Of a stretch of 64,000 bases of DNA, positions 21,032-47,920 are shown piece by piece. The position numbers and the translations under genes were made by a program. The notes under the pieces are model-generated. The model saw only the letters and a list, made by a program, of their open reading frames with translations, made no database searches and was not told the origin of the DNA. The first letter of the stretch is position 1. Every line of letters begins with the position of its first letter. The stretch is from Lingula anatina (taxonomy: Eukaryota; Animalia; Brachiopoda). The stretch spans positions 23,008,401-23,072,400 of the forward strand of contig CM120641.1 of NCBI GenBank assembly GCA_051362555.1. The letters run 5' to 3'.

Positions 21032-24000
21032 TTAAAATGACGATGTTCCCACAGTTTTCCTCACTTTCTCATATGTTAACCAGAATGTAAGAGACCAGGG
21101 GGCCTGTAAGTGCAATATTACTTTAAGATAGATACGAAAAAGGGAATGTACAAATGTATGTAAAACATGTATGTACATTTGGATTGTTTTTCATCTGAGT
21201 CATCTAATTTTCCTCTTTTGTCTAATAATAAATGGGATAGTTTTCATTGCTTTTACAACACACCATTAAACAATATACTGAGGGCACTTACATATAATGA
21301 GGTATACAGATAATTAAACTAAGAAGATATGATAAAACACTTAACGGAGTGTCAAAAGAGAGAAATCAACAGTAATATTTGATCAATTAATGGACCTTGA
21401 AAAATGCCATCAGCCTTCAACTACTGATCTTTGCACTTACCATTCTTGCCCAAATGGGCAAGAGGCCTTTATAGAGAGCTAGGAAGCCTTCATTTTGAAC
21501 AGTTTTTACTGCACAGTTTAAGGATGAGGTATACAGAAGGCCCCTAAAATAAATGACATGAAGTTCATACATCCTTGGCTTACACCATACCCTCGTGACA
21601 CCTTTTTTTTAAGACTGTCGCTGGCTCCAAGAAAGACAGAATTTAATTTGAAATATGTCATTTACAGAAATTGGACAGCCAGTGAGAGTCATGCATCATA
21701 CACCTTCTGACAAAACTAAGAAGGTCAAAAGGAAGGCAAATATGCCTTGTGGAAACTGGGCATTTGTATATACTGTGCACTGCAAAGCTTTGAAGCGAAC
21801 TGCTCTCGACTGTAAGAGGTTAAGAATTTAGCTTCTATTAAATCCATAATGAAAAACTTATTTTAAAGAAGTTTTATGACGTCTGAGTGATATAAAATTG
21901 TACTTCATGAACAAAAAGTGATTTCCAGATGATTGTTAAATACAAGTATATATCAGTCAAAGTGTTCAAATAAATAATGGGATTTTCTTTAAAAATATTG
22001 ACTATTGAAAAAACTTTAATTGACCAGCAGCCCCTATATAATTTTAAAGACAGAATGACATCTTTACAGATAACTTACTTTCCATCTTTTGTTGGTTGGT
22101 TCATAATTCTAGTTTTTACAACATCTGCTGGAGTACCTACTAAAGCAGCAACTATACCTGACATCCCACTGAAAAAAAATTAGATCTTTAATATCTCACT
22201 ATTCCTTTTGTGATATTGATGTAAAAAGGTTAAAATACAGGCTGAGACACATCTGTGAATATCAAAGGAAAAAGTGAATTTACTGTCCTGGTAGAGGGTA
22301 AGGGCCCCTTTACACTGGACGGCGTCCTTTCTGCGTTCAAAAATGTGGTCTAACTCATATTTTTTCATCGGTTCTAACCAGATCATCCAATAAAGAACAT
22401 TTTCAGCACACAAAACAAATAAGTGGGAATAAACGCTTTAAACTATAGTGATGCAAGGTCTGCATGGACTGATATAATCAGCCAGATGCTCATTGTTATC
22501 ATTATAAGAAGGATCGACAGGCGCCTTAAACGAGAAAGTATGACTGACACAACATAGAATATATATTTGAATCTGTTTTCAAATGATGCATTCTTCAAAA
22601 AGTTCTGACAATTAATGCATCTTGTAAAAAAGGCAAAAAATTCATTTTATAATAACCTACAAAAAAAAATGGATCGTTTCATGAATTTTAGGGGAAAAAA
22701 CAACCGGAGGCTGATATGAGACCACTGTTGCCCTTAGAATTCCTGTCTGGTGAAAAATACCTCAGCACGGCCCCGTTCAAGAGTGAGAAAAATGTTCTAC
22801 GTGCTGAACACTGGAGGATCTTTGAGTTTTCATTCTGCAACCAAAGCAATGCTTGTGCCTTCTTTCTATGACCACAGCGATGCTTGTGCATCCCCTCTGC
22901 GACCACGGCGATACTTGCGTCCATTGAGCAACCATCCTCCATCGCGTTCTCTCTGCGATTGTTCTGAACATGCTCAAAACTTCTCGGCGTCCATGGCGTC
23001 CTCAACGATGCTTGAACGTTCTTTGTGCGACCTTGGCGATCACTGTGCGTTCTTTCAGCGTACGACGGCGTCCTAGCCAGTTTCATGGTCGCACAAAGGA
23101 TGCCAAAAGGACGCAGTGTAAAAGGGGTTTAACAAAGGCCAAAGAGTACACACTTTCGCCACATACACATGCACTCACTCCCCAGTCCAGTCCTGATAAC
23201 AGTATATAACCCACCTTGCTAAGGAATGTGTTACATAATTGTCTTGTAAACTTGTGTGCCTCAATAGGAAATGTTTTGCCGTATCATAAGTTGCTAAATC
23301 TGAAAATAGAGAAATAAATATAAAGATCCATTCAAACATTAAACATGTGTAAGAGATTGCGTACCTGCTTTTCCAAACGAAATATAAAATGGAAAATCAT
23401 ATAAAATATCTAAAACAAGGAGGCGAAGCTGTCAAACGTACAGACAAAAAGCAGAAAATAATGATGCACAAAATAGGTTACATTACATAATCTTTAATAA
23501 TGTACTTTTGTTTATGTGGAAATACATAAAATGTTACTAGAGTAAGTAAAGGGCTTCAATGTATGGCAGTTTGAAGTCTAATCTTAAAAATGCCAATGTT
23601 TGAAAAATGAAAATTTCATAAAAAAAGGATAACCAATAAAATTCCAATATAAAATTCCAATAAAAGTGCTATTCAAACTAAACCTGTATTTAAATGCCAC
23701 TACCCATTCCAGTGAGTTTGAGTTTACATGACGCTTAAGAGTATTATTTTATTACCATGGATTTTTGATTATGTATCACATGTAACATGAATATTCAAAT
23801 AATGTAATCAACAAAGTGCTTCGGATCAATGGATGTTCGAAGCCACACCTTGAAAAATGTCCATATGTGAAATAGGAACATTTCAAAAAAAAAACTTCAC
23901 AATTTACAGTGACAAAGCAGAGAATGGGGGTTTCATCAGTTTCGCAGCAATGTTACAAAATGCTTAACAGCATAATCATCACCAATTTTTAAAATATATA

Positions 24001-25813
24001 TAATACAGGTATCATGGATATTCAGAAAATGTAACTAGAATAGAGCTTCAGGCCCTTGGGAGCTCTTAGTTACGAGAAAAAAAACTGCATTACCTCAAGA
24101 AAAGGAATCTAATTAGACTGGTGTTCCAACTGAAACTGCATTTTAGTCCTATGAATCTTTATGTAAGTTCAAGATTAATAAGAAACATGGATTTCCAGAA
24201 ATGGTCATCTTTTACAGCCATAGGAACTCTTGCTTGAGTATTTGAGAATATAGAAACCCTGCTGAATCCAACAGCTTGCTCTATTTTAACTTTAAGGTGT
24301 CATCATTGAGGTAAAAAGCAGAGATACAACAGCCCAATACTTGCCTCCCATGTTGACTAATGCAGCCCTCTGTACATTGGGCACACAGCCCCTCCACAGG
24401 CCTCTCACACCACCCTCCTTTCTTAGGCTGGAGAAGGCATGCCAGGTGCTTTTTACTCTGAAAATCAAATCCAAAACAAATTGTCATTATCTCCACAACC
24501 AAAGAAACCTACATGAAAATTAAACATTTCTCATATGGCGAAGTATAAATTTTACCAACAAATGTAAAATAAGTAATGTCTCAAAGCATCCATATGGTAT
24601 TAGAAATAAAAGAAGGCACAGAATGAGCAAATGACAGCTGTTGCTCTGTGTATGATTATTAGCAACATTCCTATGGGAGCCTGCTTAGACTTTTCCAGCT
24701 CCAGTTACATTTTAAAGAGAAACCTATAAGGCCTTGTATATTTTTTATTTATTCTTTATTTCAATGTGATGGGCTGTGTGCCCTATTTAGTTATGACACA
24801 TTCATGTATCTTAATTGTGGGCCAATCATTCTTTAAAGCTCTTAGATCAATATTGTAAAGTCTGTGACCTGATTTTTGCAATCTGAGCTTAGCCCAAGAA
24901 CCTTTAGTGATTCTCCTGACCAGCTTCCACTCTGTTTTATTCCAATATTCCTACATGTACTAGTATATGTACCTGGGTGGGTGGCCTTCTAATCGTCTTT
25001 TTCCTTCCATCTGCATCTGGACCTTAACTAAGTCAGTTGGACTAGCAATAAACTGGCCAAAAGCACCTGCACTTAGACCTCCTATAACAGCTTTCCTGCA
25101 AATGAACATGAATCAAAAGCAAAGCATTTAAAAATGATGCCGTATGATGCAGACCTTTACTCTGGCATGGCAATGACTTAACAATGTCATACATGCATGA
25201 CAAGTTATAGGCTTTATCAGTTAACTCTTTGTTTGACTGTCCCATGTGAATATTACACACTGTCACATCATGGCTTACTGGGTATGTTGATATTATATCA
25301 TGCAATGAGAGTAAACCGCACATATAATTTTGCTTTGGCCTTTGGTATAAACTAGTCAAATATCAAAACAACCTCCACCTATCATCAATGTATAAAATAT
25401 TAGAGGAGAACACATGTACAACTGAAGTCACCTGGTGAGCGTGCCCTTTCAGAGTGAAGTACTAACTCTTACCATAATGGAAATGACCCATCTTTATCTT
25501 TCTTCAGTACATTTTCTCTCAAATATTCATAGCACCCCATTCTTGCTCCTGTATACACTACAAATGAAATTCAAATAGTACATGAAAAAGACATATTCAA
25601 GAACCATACACAATTTTCATGTGTAGGACTAAGGTGACTATATAAATTGTATATGCTTTCATGAACAGGAGTTGACATACCAGATTTTGCGCTCAACAAT
25701 CCAACTCACAAGATGGAATCTAGTCTAAACAGATTTTTGTGTCATGCCAAAAACAAAAAACATAGCTGTCAAATGTACAGACATGCAAAAACTGAAAAAT
25801 GATGAAGCTGGTG

Positions 25814-25889
<76 letters not shown>

Positions 25890-27702
25890 ATGAAAGAGAC
25901 ATTTTGTGAAACATCCAATAGTTTTTGGATCAGTTTTGTTATGATCTTACAAACATTCAGGGACCTTAAATCAGGGACCTACAGTACATTTCTTAAATAA
26001 AAGAATATATGATCTTTCATGCAGCACGAGTAGCTCATATAACTTATGACTTTTCTTAATAAAAAAGATGAGCATTCATAAGAGCCATACCTACCAACAT
26101 GTCTATATAGGGCTGGTGTAACACCCTGCCAAAGTTTAGGAAGCCCTTCTTCACGAACTGCAAACCAAATGCATAAAAAGTACTTTAATTAACACATATG
26201 TTGCAACAAATGAAGTTTTGTAGACGAATTATAAAGAATCTATGGAATTATTAAGGAATTTTTAAATTATACTGTGTCTTGTGATTGAGCCATTTGGACT
26301 TGGATAAATAAGGGACTAACTCCCTCCCCTGCCATCTACCTGTATACCTACAGCTTGCAAATAGTTCAACTGTATTTATAAGTTGATCCACTGAGGTATC
26401 AAAAAAGTCTGTTAAGTTATGGGTATCTCGCATGGGATCCGCATACTATCCAGCAGCTCTACTTCTTGGACTGCATTCCCACAGATTTAGATTGATCCAT
26501 CTGGATCGACCTAACTCCCAGGGGGTTCATGCTAAATTCCTGTCAGCCGAGGGTGCACAGAAGTTAATTACCCCCTCACAGCTTTTAGTAGGCGGGGCAG
26601 ACATTTAAGCCAGCTAAGCTGACACTAGTGAGTCTCCCCAAGGGGATAGATTGATCTAAAATCTGTGGGAATTAATTTAATGAACTCTGATAATTAAATT
26701 GATAATTCAATGCAATTGATTAATTGTAGATATTTTATTCCACAAATAGTTAAGGACAACATGTCAAGACCACCATACATATTTCACAAACCTATGCCAA
26801 CTGCAGTTTTTAACATGCCCCTGTGTGAAGCTGCCTCTTTGACCCCCTCAGAAGCCTGATGGGTGAATGCATGGTGGCAATGCGTTTGTTCTCCTTGGAT
26901 CTGTAACCTGGTTTTTGTAAGGTCTAATGGATACGTAACTGAAATAAACACGTTGATCATAATTTGCAACAAGAACCCTCAAACATGTAAGTCTTTGACC
27001 TCTGGCATTTTCTAAATTCAGTTACAAGGTAACTTTGACAAATATCTTTGTTATCAATTAATGAATCACATGTTTAGTTTTGTAAATTGCAAACTACTTT
27101 TGGATATGCAACATGTACTGAAATTAAATCAGCTCTCATTACATTAGAATGGGCTCATAATTTCTTGTAAAACATATAACAATCAAATAGCGGAGTCATT
27201 GATCAAAATAATCTACCACAAATGAATGTAGAAAAACGTACAAAATCAAATAGACTGTGACGGTAAATGGTACAGGTACTGTATAGGTACAGGTGCTTTA
27301 ATTTTTGCAAGGCAATGGCTTTTTGATAAAAATAAAAGAGACAGAAAAGCTGTCAAATGTAAAGTTAACATGTAATTATAGGCGCACTTCAGCATATTTG
27401 AGGGTAAAAAATGGAATGGTTATACATGTACTACCAGTATATCCATTCATTTCGTTTCATATGGAAAAAGTGCACGGAGACATATACGTAAAATGTATGT
27501 GCCTATACGTAAAAAGTCGGACGAGGTGCGACAATGTTGTAAGTATTCACATGTATTAACTCTTATTCACTGCATTGCATGCATGTATGGTAATTTCTGA
27601 AAAAATCCCAATCACGTTACCAGATTCAGCTACAACAGCAGCAACAGCAGATAATGCAAACTTAAACATAAAGGTCTCATGAGAATTCGTTTTATCCGCC
27701 AT
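21032..27702 (-). CDS. SLC25A27: Mitochondrial uncoupling protein 4 (10 coding exons)
   Basis: Exons 27702-27621, 26938-26792, 26157-26095, 25557-25473, 25095-24973, 24457-24345, 23299-23215, 22168-22079, 21543-21441, 21103-21032. Three carrier motifs ([33 protein letters not shown]), plus [15 protein letters not shown] and [12 protein letters not shown]. Confidence 0.95.
22302..23129. mobile_element. PIF/Harbinger-like non-autonomous element in a UCP4 intron
   Basis: TIRs CCCCTTTACACT / AGTGTAAAAGGGG, TAA on both sides, CpG-richer interior; related to 36424-36810. Confidence 0.7.
23412..24230 (+). repeat. Second copy of the AAACAAG-start repeat family
   Basis: Similarity to 14666-15650; boundaries approximate. 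Confidence 0.6.
25818..25886. repeat. (TA)n microsatellite
   Basis: Direct reading. Confidence 0.95.
26475..26672. mobile_element. About 200-bp MITE (TIR ATTCCCACAGAT...ATCTGTGGGAAT)
   Basis: Long imperfect TIRs; an inverted second copy lies at 40185-40382. Confidence 0.7.
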
Positions 27703-40836
<13,134 letters not shown>

Positions 40837-42291
40837 TCATAACAAATGAACATGCTGTAAGTGTTGGAAGTGGACAAGATAAGGACCTGCTTGTGTTGCC
40901 TGTGCCTCAAACAAATAAAAAAAACCTTGAAAAAATGCAGTATTTTGTGCATTTTTCAATATTTGTATATTTGGGTATGCTTTTGTATTATCAAATACTT
41001 AAGACAGTCCCATGGTTTTTGTAATGATAATCAGTAGGGCATGAAGTCATTTTCATGATATTTATGTTGGTTTCTCAGTGAATCAGGGGAGAATGCTGAT
41101 AAGTCCTCCCTTCCCTCACTCTTTTTATTTATTTATTGTATTTTTTCTGTATGTCAACAACAGCCCAAACTTTTTTTAATAAAACGAAACAAATACATGC
41201 TTGTTTTGGCCTTTGGGCGTCTTTTTTCCTCATGCAGAATTCACCCCTTTGTCCTAGAAAGGGAAGGGGAGCTCAAAGGGTTTATAATTATATCATGTCA
41301 AACAATAACAGAGAGTCAGAATTTTGTTGTGAGAAATTAAGAATGGAACGATTCCTGTTTGGGACTTCTGTCAGTTGTTGACATTATTTATACAAGGTTT
41401 AAGATCAAAAATCTTTTAGGCATTATTTCTAAATAATTCAGTTGGTTTGGGGATACAGAACTAACAACATACCTATAATTTGGTTGTCCTTTTTTTCCTC
41501 CAAATAAACCTGAGACGGGGAAAAAATTTTAACATACAGGAATGTTTTTCACATTAGGAAAAAAATTGAGGATCAACATATTGCCTTTTGGTAGATTGAA
41601 AGAGTGTAAATAGCTGTTGTGATTTGCTTTCACATAAAAATACCTATTTTGCAGGCATTATATTTTGGTAAAGTTTTGCTCTGTATGCAAAGAGAATATC
41701 TTTATGGCTCTGTACACAAATTTGCAGTCTTATAATGTTGATCTGCAGTAACTTACTGTTATATTACAATATTCATATATTGAATAGCCTTTAGTAGCTT
41801 TTTTCTCCTTTAAGAAAAAAATCACTACTACTCTTAGAAAAAGATATTGCACTATTTTTGTTGCAGCTACTAAGATAAAAGTTGCAAGTATTATATTGTA
41901 ACACTAAATGAAATAAATGGTGCAATGCCATCGAGTCCATTGGCTCAAAAGAGGGGCACAGGAAGAGAATATCTAGATGTCAACTTTTGTTATTGTTAAC
42001 ATGGACAGACCTGTGCATTGGGGAGGTACCCTGCTTTATTTGATTTACAGAGTTTAAATATCAAAACTGTCAATGATAGTCTCAGTTCAGGCATGTGTTC
42101 ATCTCTGGGATATATGTTTTCACTTTTTGGTAGATAGTGCTTTTGATGCTCTTAAATATAATTTTTCTTTCCACAAATCGTAATAATTAACAGATTTATT
42201 TTGACCTGTATTGGAGTGCAATCAAGCTAAATGATTACATTGCTGGGCATTGGATTATTTTGGTTATGCTCTCAAGAGCTCCCAATGTATA

Positions 42292-42292
42292 C

Positions 42293-42328
<36 letters not shown>
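42292..42328. repeat. (TA)n(GA)n compound microsatellite
   Basis: Direct reading. Confidence 0.9.
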
Positions 42329-44531
42329 GTTTTTCGCTACACTCCTTTTGCATGCTTGCTATGACCAACCAAACCTGTGCACTGCTGCGTTTTACTGATA
42401 TAAATAGGATGACAAGTGCCTGATGTATGCTATATTATAGCAGTCATTTAATACATAAGAAAGCTGCTTGACTGCTATTTTTCATTTGGTGTTGGAGAGA
42501 TGCATTCAGTAAAATGCTGCATGTATTTGTTTATGTACCAAGGTAGCTTAAATTTGTCACGTCTGTTTGCTGAATACCAGTTAAACACTGCTTTCTTATT
42601 ATTTTTTTAAACCAGATAAACATTGTTAGTAGGCTTGGCAATAGTCATCTATACTTGCCTTTTATACATTTCATGAATTCAATGGAAGAGCTATAATGCT
42701 GTACTAGCAAGCTTTCAGCCTAAAGATTTCATTACATCATTAGTGTATTATTTTCAATAAGACAAGCTTATAGAGTCTACTTTATAATAAGATTATTAAA
42801 AAAAACTATAGAACTAACATTGATTTTGTTATTTTTTAGACTGGGCCTACAACTTAGTATGGTCACCTGCGGGTGAGGTCACCTCTGGGCTGCATTCCAC
42901 CCAGAGCTGGGATAATTGACAAATTATCCCAACTTTGAGATGAATATAGTCAAGAGGTGACAGAAACAAAGTCTATTACTGTTTTGTTACATGATCATGA
43001 ATTTTGAAAACGATACATTGCAAGCATTAAAACATAAAGCAACAGACCCACCACAGTGCAATATCACACATGAGAATGAAAATATGAAACTAGTCGACCA
43101 GTTTCAGTACCTTGGGTTCATAAACATTTGCAAATCTGTCCATTTCATCAGTCTGTTATGCAAATGGGTCCCAGAAGATAGAATTGGAAAGTCAAGTGCT
43201 CTTCTACAGCACATGACACGAGGGAGCTAAACAAACAATGTGTAAACACGAACTGAAACAGTCCCATACGCTCTGCCTTATAAAATTAGTTTGACATGCC
43301 TCAAAAGTTTTTATGGGGCTTTAAAATCAATACTTTATTAATTCTCAAGCTATACAGTTAAAGAGAGGTATGTACATATATCTTTTGAGACATTTAAAAA
43401 TAGAACAAGAATTTTTATATTACGGACTACAAGACAGATTCATAATGGAAATGTTTCAACAAATCTCGACCTATCTAATTCTTAGATTGTTCATCAATAC
43501 TGAGTGGTAAGGGTTATTTTATTTATTTATTTTTTAATAAGTAAAAGCGTGTAAGAGAGATACTTACATTAAGTTTTGAAATGTTCAAAAGTGTGATGAG
43601 CTGACTGTCCCAAACTGATTTATATACACATTGGGAAGAAATGATAAAGTACCTCCCGATTCCCGATATAGCACAGTTGGGAGGTCAGTATAGTCTGATA
43701 TTAACCTTGCCCTCAACCAATCAGTGAGTGTCAAATTCATGATCATGTAACAACATACAACTAATGACTGGGTGAGGTCATCTTGGCGATTTATTGACCT
43801 GAAGATGGGATAATTCACCAATGCCAAAAGCAAAATATCCTAATATCTACTGCATTTTATTCTATCAATCAGACACTCATATTTTTAGCATGTTAACTAA
43901 AAAACAAACAACTGATATGCTTTCAGACTAATGAATTCAATTAAGAACCCCAAATGTCACATTAAACTATAGAGATAGTGCAGATAACATGATATGGGGT
44001 TTCATGCACAACTTGGGACTAAAAAGTTCAATTTGAAGGCTTTCATGAGAATCAATGGAAAAACTTTGTTTCTGAAGTTTTCAAACACACAAAAAGCATT
44101 ACGATTTATTTTAATTCCATGCTGGGGAGACTGACATTTTGAGCTTATTTTTTTCTGTAAAATTCTTTTTGCTTATTTCAACATTTTTTGGGAACTGTCC
44201 ATTCTCCTTCAACATTCACAATACTGTTGCCAATGTTATGCTATAAAGTGTCAAATTAACACACAGAGGACACTTTCATGGACAGTAAAAGTTTCTATCA
44301 TTTTGGAAAACTGATTCCTGTGGTGGTGCTCTTCCTTCATTTTTCTTGCAGTGGTAATTAGGCTGCATGATGCAGTATACTTATATACCTACAGATGTTA
44401 TCACATTGAAACAGCCATCCATATCATTAATAACATCTCTGTCTGATATTAAACTAGCATCTCATTTTATATGAACTAAGAAGGAATTCATTTACCTCTG
44501 GTGAAGACAATATACAAAGAATAATGTATTT

Positions 44532-46694
44532 TCATCCTGGATTTGTGCGTTTCCTTTGATGTTTTCCTCTTATAATCTTTTCAGCCTTTCTCCTCTTGTC
44601 CCTTTCTTTTTTGAGTTTATGTTTATCTTGTAGATGGGTCATATTTTTATGCTTTGGTTTTCCAGCTTTCTTCAACTGCATTTTACCATGTTTTGTAATC
44701 TTCAATCTGGAAAGCAATAAAACACCATGCTGCAACAAAGTTTTAACCCATAACACGGGGGCAGTATTCCAGAAGTTACCTGAACTTATAGTGAAAAGAG
44801 CAGTGTACAGGTCCATTGTCAACTTTTGTTTTTCTGTTTTATTTGTTTTTCTTTTCTTTCTTTTTTGATGTATTGATCATTACCATGTGGCATATAATAA
44901 ATGAAATTACTACCTCCTGCTAAAAAAAAAAAATCACATTTTTGGTAACTGAGGAAGCATGGAATACATAGAACAATTCAAAGCTAACTAAAAAAGTGCT
45001 TTCAATTTAGAAACTTGATTTATCAGTGGTTGAACTTGTTGTAATATACTTTCTGCTCTAATGCTCCTTTGATTGTGAATACGTTACAAACCTCACCTGG
45101 CTTTTACTTTACCCTTTCCGTGAACGGTTTCTTTATTGTCAGTGTTGACTTCAGCATCAGATTCATCCTGAAATACACAATATTATTTCAATGCTATCCT
45201 CATAAAGCATTTTCACTGAAGACATTTCTCATATTTTAAAAAAATTATTATACCTGCATGGAACATAACAGAAAGATATAAAAGAATATTGCAACATACC
45301 CTATTTACTCCAAGGAAGCCCCTGTTGTTCATAATCTCAGAGTTATCTATCTCTGTGACTATCACAGTATGTTGTGGAAGGTTGTATGTCTTCTGCTCCA
45401 CAAGATGATCAACCTCAGGAACTGGCGTAAAGTTCTGCACATGAGCTTTCCTGAAATCTCTCGCCTGGAATGTAAACAGATGAATGGATAGTTTCACCTC
45501 TTTGGTTTTAAAAGTGATAAAAAGTGGATATAAATACTAGTATACACAGCTTTTGAGAAAAAATTTTTGAACCCAACATAATGGCCTGTGACACTCAACA
45601 ATTTCAAGGATAAATGCAGGTAATCAGAATACAAACAAATACTTATTGTGTCCTATTACGAACACCACTTATTGACTAAACTTTCCTTACCTCTTGTTTA
45701 ATTCTCCTTTTCTCTTCTTTCAAATGCCTTTCCATTTTCTCCTTTGCCTTTTGTCTGCGTTCATTTTTTCTCTTCCTAAACCCAGTTAGGTACTCTCTGC
45801 AGATTATGAAAAGTGGAACAAGATGGGCAGACATATTGTAAGATTCCCTGAGCTAAGGTGGAAAGGTACATTAACTTGTTTGTAAGTATTTAAATTATCC
45901 ACTGTCCAAAATGTGCAACTTCCCCAAACTAAAAATGCAAGGAAAGCATACAATTGTTTACTCACCTTAAACAGTTTGCAATCAGAAGAAAGACTAATTT
46001 TAAGCATTTTTTGTATTCCTGAATTTTATACCAGTGGGGTGTTGGTCATTGAAAACTAGATACCTGTAACTGTTGATGATCTCATAAATGCACCTTAATG
46101 CCATTCCTCATCCCCAAACCTCATGTACAGTCTCTTTCAATCATGAAAATGTACATGCTATTTTCTCAACAGGGGGAGTGGAAACTTGAGGCTCTATATG
46201 TGGTGTCACTAACAAATGGCAGAAGTGGAGCAAAGCGTTTAATAAAAATACTGAAGCGTTATCAAAAAAGTTTGAATATTAATAGCCTCGAGAGTTTCCA
46301 ACACAGGGTATAATGAGGCCTTACCTGCGCATTAACTTATTTTGTAATACCAAAAACGGAGATGGGTAAATTATAAATATCTGCACTGAGGTCTTGAAAA
46401 CATGGCCATGTTTGTAGTAGATCTATCAGGGCTCGATCGAAATTTAGAATTATGGTACACTACGATATACAAGTGTGGTATTTTCAAATCGTTTTGCGTG
46501 CTTCCCTTTAGATTCGCCAACCAGTCAGGGTGGCAACCAATCGTGTACAGCTGTAGCGAGTAACTACCGTATTTGGAAGTTTCTTTAAATTAAAATTCAG
46601 TTTGAACTTACTTTCGGGCTTTTTCGTCAAATATTAGATGCACTTTTGTCTCTCGATTTTTGGGACCACGTTTTCGTTTTTTAACAGGACCCAT
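44532..46694 (-). CDS. NOL12: Nucleolar protein 12 (Rrp17/Nop25 family), 5 exons
   Basis: Exons 46694-46612 (MGPVKKRK...HLIFDEKARK), 45796-45691 (EYLTGFRKRKNERR), 45464-45300, 45167-45097, 44706-44532 (Lys-rich tail). Confidence 0.9.
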
Positions 46695-47920
46695 ACTGCT
46701 TATATTCAGGTTTCTCTTTAAAGATACATTTTGTCACTGGAACACACACACGTTTCTGTTCAGTCGCTAATTCGGGTCTCCCCTTACGAAAGAGTGTTTC
46801 CTTCAAGTGGAACGACGATAATGCGGAAGTAGCGTACAGTGAAAACTAGCAGAACATTTTTATTAGGAAAAAGTGAAAATTAAGATACTACGATTGACTA
46901 AAAATGAAATATTTCAAAAGTTCTTTCTGTGTTTTTTATATTTGACAGAATATAAACACACTATGCTGCAAACGTTTTAAACTGTCAGTACAGAAATTAT
47001 AATTATTAAAAAAATTTCTTGTAATTTTAAATTTTTTCCAAAAAATTTTTTTTCAAAGTCATGCTTAGATAGCAAGTACCAAGTAGACCATGTGGGAGGG
47101 GGGTAATATTTGCAGGGCACCTTTACTTAAAACTTTGCTCCAGGATATGAATTAAGTATTGGGTGTTGAAAAAAAATGAACCTGCATCATGTGGCAGTTA
47201 ATAGATTGTTGTTATTTGTAAAATAAAGCAATTAAAAAGCCGAATGTTTTTTCATAATAAGAGTGGTTCAAATAAAATTAAATATTATTAAAAGTCGAAG
47301 ATCAATTTGATATTTGTATCTTTATACTTTATTTTTACAAGTAAGTGTTGTGTACAGCCTTAACATTCCTGTAAAATATATCTTTGGGGCAGTGCACAAT
47401 GAATTTTGTCTAATGCACACAAACTCCAAGAGAACTCTTGCTGAATGTAAAAGAATAACACACCTCCTCTTGTTTCCTATATACCCTTATAATCACCAGA
47501 AAGAGAAGGCGTGTTAATCTGATTACATTCAGCAAGAGTTTCTGTGGAGTTGGTGCGCATTAGAAAGGTGGACAAAATTCATTGTGAATGGTCCCTTTAT
47601 CACAACAGTAGTACACATCTACAGCAAGTGCACTAAAAAAGCATTCTTTTTAAAAATTACATAGCCTGTGTACACATTTCATGTAACAATACCAGTAACA
47701 AACTTATTTCTCTTTAGCAACATACTTGTGAAGTTAATTGCCCCTAGCATTATTTGTTTTCCAATTTTCTGAGTAGTGTGTCTTTAAAGAGTAGCAATGG
47801 GAATCAACAATAAGAGTTAAATGGCCTATCCTTATGTGGAACTGTAAACTGTCTCTTGGAGAATCGACACCACAGCCATAAATGGGAAATTTCAAAATTG
47901 TTTTAAATGTCTTGCCAGAT

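Noticed and set aside
22688-23209. Cluster of overlapping 66-132 aa ORFs
   Set aside because: They lie in a GC-richer MITE with fewer stop codons and show no transposase motifs.
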